Assembly (NCBI GenBank): GCA_038087875.1
Contig: CM075988.1
Coordinates: 7,876,001 to 7,940,000, forward strand
Source of the DNA: Malacoraja senta
Lineage: Eukaryota
DNA length: 64,000 bases
Direction: 5' to 3'
The notes below the pieces were generated by a model. That model was not told the DNA's origin. It searched no databases and saw nothing but the letters and a program-made list of their open reading frames with translations. The position numbers were made by a program, and so were the translations under genes. Each line of letters opens with the position of its first letter. Position 1 is the stretch's first letter. This document shows, one piece after another, positions 60,031 to 64,000 of the stretch.

Positions 60031-60449
60031 TGGTATTATCTTATGTTCATTAGAGGGTTGGTTTATCATGAGATGAATCCCCTTACTGGTCCCCCGTATC
60101 AGAGGTAAATTAATGTGTGATGCGTGGAGTATTGGATACATCCCACTAATAGTTTGTGTTAAGATACCGGATGGAAATGGCACTGGGAATGGGAGTGGGA
60201 TCAGTTGTGATGCTTTCTGTTTCCAAATGTCTTGTTGACACCAACAGGCTTGAAAATTGAGGTGCAAGTCACGCTGGTTAGAGAATTCTGGCCACTATTC
60301 ATGTTCATCTGGCATGCCTCGGTGTCAGTACTCCAGTCTGAGTCTAACGTTTAACAGCGTAGACAGATGACTCAGTGTAGTGTTGAGTGTGTGTTGTACT
60401 GTTGGCACAGATCAGGTGGGCAGGACATGCCAAAAGAATAGAGCCATAG

Positions 60450-60975
60450 CGTCATAGGTTATACAGCGCGGAAACAGGCTCTTTGGCCCAACATACGCAC
60501 ATTGGCCGACATGTCCCATCTACACTAGTCCCACCTGTCTCTATTTGTCCCATTTCCCTCTTAACCTGTCCCATCCTAATTTTTTCTTAAACGTTGCCAT
60601 AGTCCCAGCCTCAACTACTTCCTCCGGTAGCTTGTTCCATGCACCCACCACCCTTTGTGTGAAAAGGTTAACCCTCTGGTTCCTATTAAATCTTTTCCCT
60701 CTCACCTTAAACCTATGTGCTCTGGTTCTCAATTCCCCTACTCTGGGCAAGAGACTCTGCATCTTTCCAATCTATTCCTCTCATGATTTTGTGCACCTCT
60801 CTAAGATCGCCCCTCATCCTCCTGCGCTCCAAGGAATAGAGTCCCAGCCAGCTCAACCTCTCCCATTGAGTCTTCTCTGCACCCTTTCATATCTTGGCAA
60901 CATCTTTCCTATAACATGGTGCCCAGAACTGAACACAATACTCTAAATGTGGCTACACCAGCATCTTATATAACT
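60450..60975 (-). repeat. CR1 3' fragment
   Basis: RAHRFKVRGKRF...FTQRVVGAWNKLPEEVVEAG plus 3' UTR. Confidence 0.8.
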
Positions 60976-61191
60976 GCAGGAGTGTCTAATAGCAGAAGAT
61001 TATAGTAGCTACGCAGCTGACTGAGTGAAAAAAAAACATGTGTTGAACAGAAAAAGAGAAACAAAGATTGACTTAGAGCATTCCTGAAGAATTTCAATGT
61101 GGCACATAGCACTGGGAACAACATGCATTGGCATACCTGCATTAAATACAGGTGCGCATTCATATGAGGAAGCTAGAATGGAGAAAGCAAA

Positions 61192-61866
61192 TAGTTTAGT
61201 TTAGTTTAGTTTAGAGAAACAGCGCGGAAACAGTCTCTTCGGACCACCGGGTCCGCGCCGACCAGTGATTCCTGCACATCAACATGATCCTACACCAACT
61301 AGGGACAATGTTTACATTCACCAGGCCAATTAACCTACAAACCTGTACGTCTTTGGAGTGTGGGAGGAAACCGAAATTCTCAGAGGAAACCCACGCAGGT
61401 CACGGGGAGAACATTAAAACTCCGTACAGACAGCACCCGTAGTCGGGATCGAACCCAGATCTCCGGCGCTGCATTCGCTGTAACTCTACTGCTGCACCAC
61501 CGTGACCACCAAGAGCAAGGAGATTCTTGAAAATCAACGATCACTGATGCACTGATGTTGGGCTGCACAGTGACACAGCGGTAGAGTTGCTGCCTTACAG
61601 CGTCAGAGGGCCAGGTTAGATCCTGACCACGGCTGCTGTCTGTACAGAGTTTATACGTTCTCCCTGTGACTGCATGGGTTTCCTCCTGGTGCTCTGGTTT
61701 CTTCCCACATTGCAAAGACGTGCAGGTTTCTAGGTTAATTGGCTTCTGTAAATTGTCCCTAGTGTGCGGGATAGAACTATAATTAGTGTGCGGGGATCGC
61801 TGGTCGGCGCGGACTCGGTGGGACGAAGGGCCTGTTTCCACGCTGTATCTCTAAATTAAAACTAAA
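61192..61866. mobile_element. Head-to-head pair of HE1-like V-SINEs (61192-61507 minus; 61565-61866 plus)
   Basis: Both are full-length with a tRNA-like head, V-domain and (CTAAA)n tail, separated by about 57 bp. Confidence 0.88.
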
Positions 61867-64000
61867 TACTACATCCCTACACTACTGTCACCTGTGTGGA
61901 AGCAACTTTCGAGGTCTCCGTACACATTAAAACACTGTAATCTGGTGAGGACCTGTACTGTTTGCCAAGATCTGAAGAGATATATCTCAGCACGAAAAGA
62001 TAAATCTTCAGTGGATGAGGGAGAGAAGGAAATAACTATCACTGTAAATGCCTCACTGGCGTATAGGAGCAAACACAGCAAATCTTGTTATAGTGGTTGT
62101 AATATAATGAACGTGGCATTTACTGCTTCTTGTTCTGCACCAATCGTTAAAATTGAACAGGAGCACAGCCCGTGTCTGTGCTCCTGTGGTAACACCTTGC
62201 TCTGAGTCAGTAAACTCAGGAGATTGCCACAGGAGTCACAGAGTCTATGTGAGGTTTAGGTGGGATGGTGGAAGAGCAGGTTTCAATGGGGCTAATAAAA
62301 CAGTGGAGAAATGAAGCAAGAAGTGGGGAGTGAGTGTCGGAGAATGGAGGATGAAGGCTCCACTGTTATGGAGGGGGGGGGGGGGGTTGCAGGAAGTGTA
62401 ACAAAGGCAATCATTGAAGCTGTTGAATGGGGATGGAGAACGGTGTGGGACAAGAGGAGGTAAGCTGCTGAGGGATTTATAACCCAGGCCGAGGATTTTG
62501 AATTTAATTCCTTGTGGGAATATGCGACCATTATTTATACCTTTCACATTTTAATGAATGGGCTCATGTCTCTTTTCAATCTTTTCTCTCCATTGAAAAC
62601 ACATTTGGTTCTAAGAGTGTTGATAATTTGAGTGTTAAGTCTCAGAATTTCCTTGTCATTTAGCTGAACCTCCTCTGGTACAATGACATTCCTTTTCAAT
62701 ATATAATGCACATTATCGGGCCTTCCTACCGCCCCCGGAAGTTTACTGTGTGTAGAGACAAGGAACTGCAGATGATGGTTTACAAGAAAAAAAGACACAG
62801 AGTGCTGGAGTAACTCTGCGGGTCAGGCGGCAACGCTGGAGAACATGGATATGGGACATTTCAGTGACATTGCTGTGTGTACCCGAGTCTTCTAGACAAG
62901 GCCTGGTTCATTGTTAGGTTAACTGACTCTGGTTGAGTTTGCAATTGGATCTAGTCAGTGTCACTGGACAGGTAACCTACTAGAAAAACAATCTGGAGCA
63001 GATGAGTTGAGATCCCACTATGTTTTGTATTACAAATAGTCACTGGAAACTCAGAATACTCTCAGACCTGCTTCACAACAGCTGACTTCAGTACAACGTG
63101 GCAACATCTTGTCCTGTGTACTCTGATCCTGAGCAGCCTCTCGATCCCCAAAAACCCACTTAATGTTACAATCTCCCCAATGAACACAGAATGAAATCAG
63201 GTAGTTAGTTAGTTAATTTAGTTTGGTTTATTGTCTCATGTACCGAGGTATAGTGAAAAACCTTTTGTTTTTGCTATCCAGTCAGCGAAAGATTATACAT
63301 GATTGCAACCAAGCTGTCCACACAGTACAGATATAAGATAAAGGGAATCATGTTAAATGCAAATTGAAGATAGTTTGAAGGTCTCCAATGAAGTAGATGC
63401 TCTCTAGTTGGTGATAGGACAGTTCAGTTGCCTGATAACAGCTGGGAAGAAACTGTCCCTGAATCTGGAGGTGTGCCTTTCCAAACATCTGTACCTCTTG
63501 CCTGATGGGAGAGGGGAGAAGAGGGAGTGACTGGTGTGCGACTGGTCCTTGATTATGCTGGTGGCCTTACCAAGGCACTGTTAAATGTAGACAGAGTCAC
63601 TGGTCAGTAGCCAGTGAACAAATGTAACCTAATTACTCCTTGTTTCCCCAGGAGGATTGTGCAGACTGAATATATTCAAGGCAGAATCAATAGATTTTTT
63701 TTACAGTGTACATATATGGGGTTAATGCAGGAAAGTGCTGCAGAGCTTAAAAATCAGCCGTGATCTTATTAACAAGGGGCCCAAAGGCCCACTCTTTTAT
63801 TTTATTACGTTTTCATGTTCTTCTTTGGCATTGAGTCTGATTTAATTCACCTCCATCATTTTATACAGTGGAAATTACTGTGTGTGTGATGTCCTTTAAC
63901 CCGAGGTGGTCATGTTGCACACTGACGACAGCAGGGGTTTATAGAGCAAGGTCATGGCCAATGGCAAGGATAGCCATGATGATCAGAGACTCTGCTGCAG

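Overview
Repeat-dense vertebrate nuclear DNA, most likely a skate or ray (inferred from HE1-like V-SINEs with (CTAAA)n tails, CR1/HER1-type LINEs and abundant Penelope-derived repeats). Main elements: a Mag-like Gypsy element (23111-34524) interrupted in its protease by a very young 6.3-kb endogenous retrovirus (25085-31362). The ERV has near-identical LTRs but a mosaic, cytosine-depleted interior (decayed gag, two different integrase ends, a captured CR1 fragment, and a deleted env with an intact TM). There is also a complete DIRS1 tyrosine-recombinase retrotransposon (51884-56594), a nearly full-length CR1 (34561-38518), a 5'-truncated L1/Tx1-like LINE, several Rex1/Babar LINEs, a Harbinger-type MITE and a 1-kb DNA element with a 7-bp TSD. 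Two unrelated tiny retroposons (4823-4960 and 39109-39313) each begin exactly at a hand-foldable HDV-like ribozyme and end in CGC(AAG)n. Many Penelope-type minimal hammerhead motifs are also present. One plausible host gene is predicted on the minus strand (exons 39880-39777 and 14071-13441, about 244 aa, unidentified), preceded by clustered RFX X-boxes. All calls were made by eye; no database searches were run.
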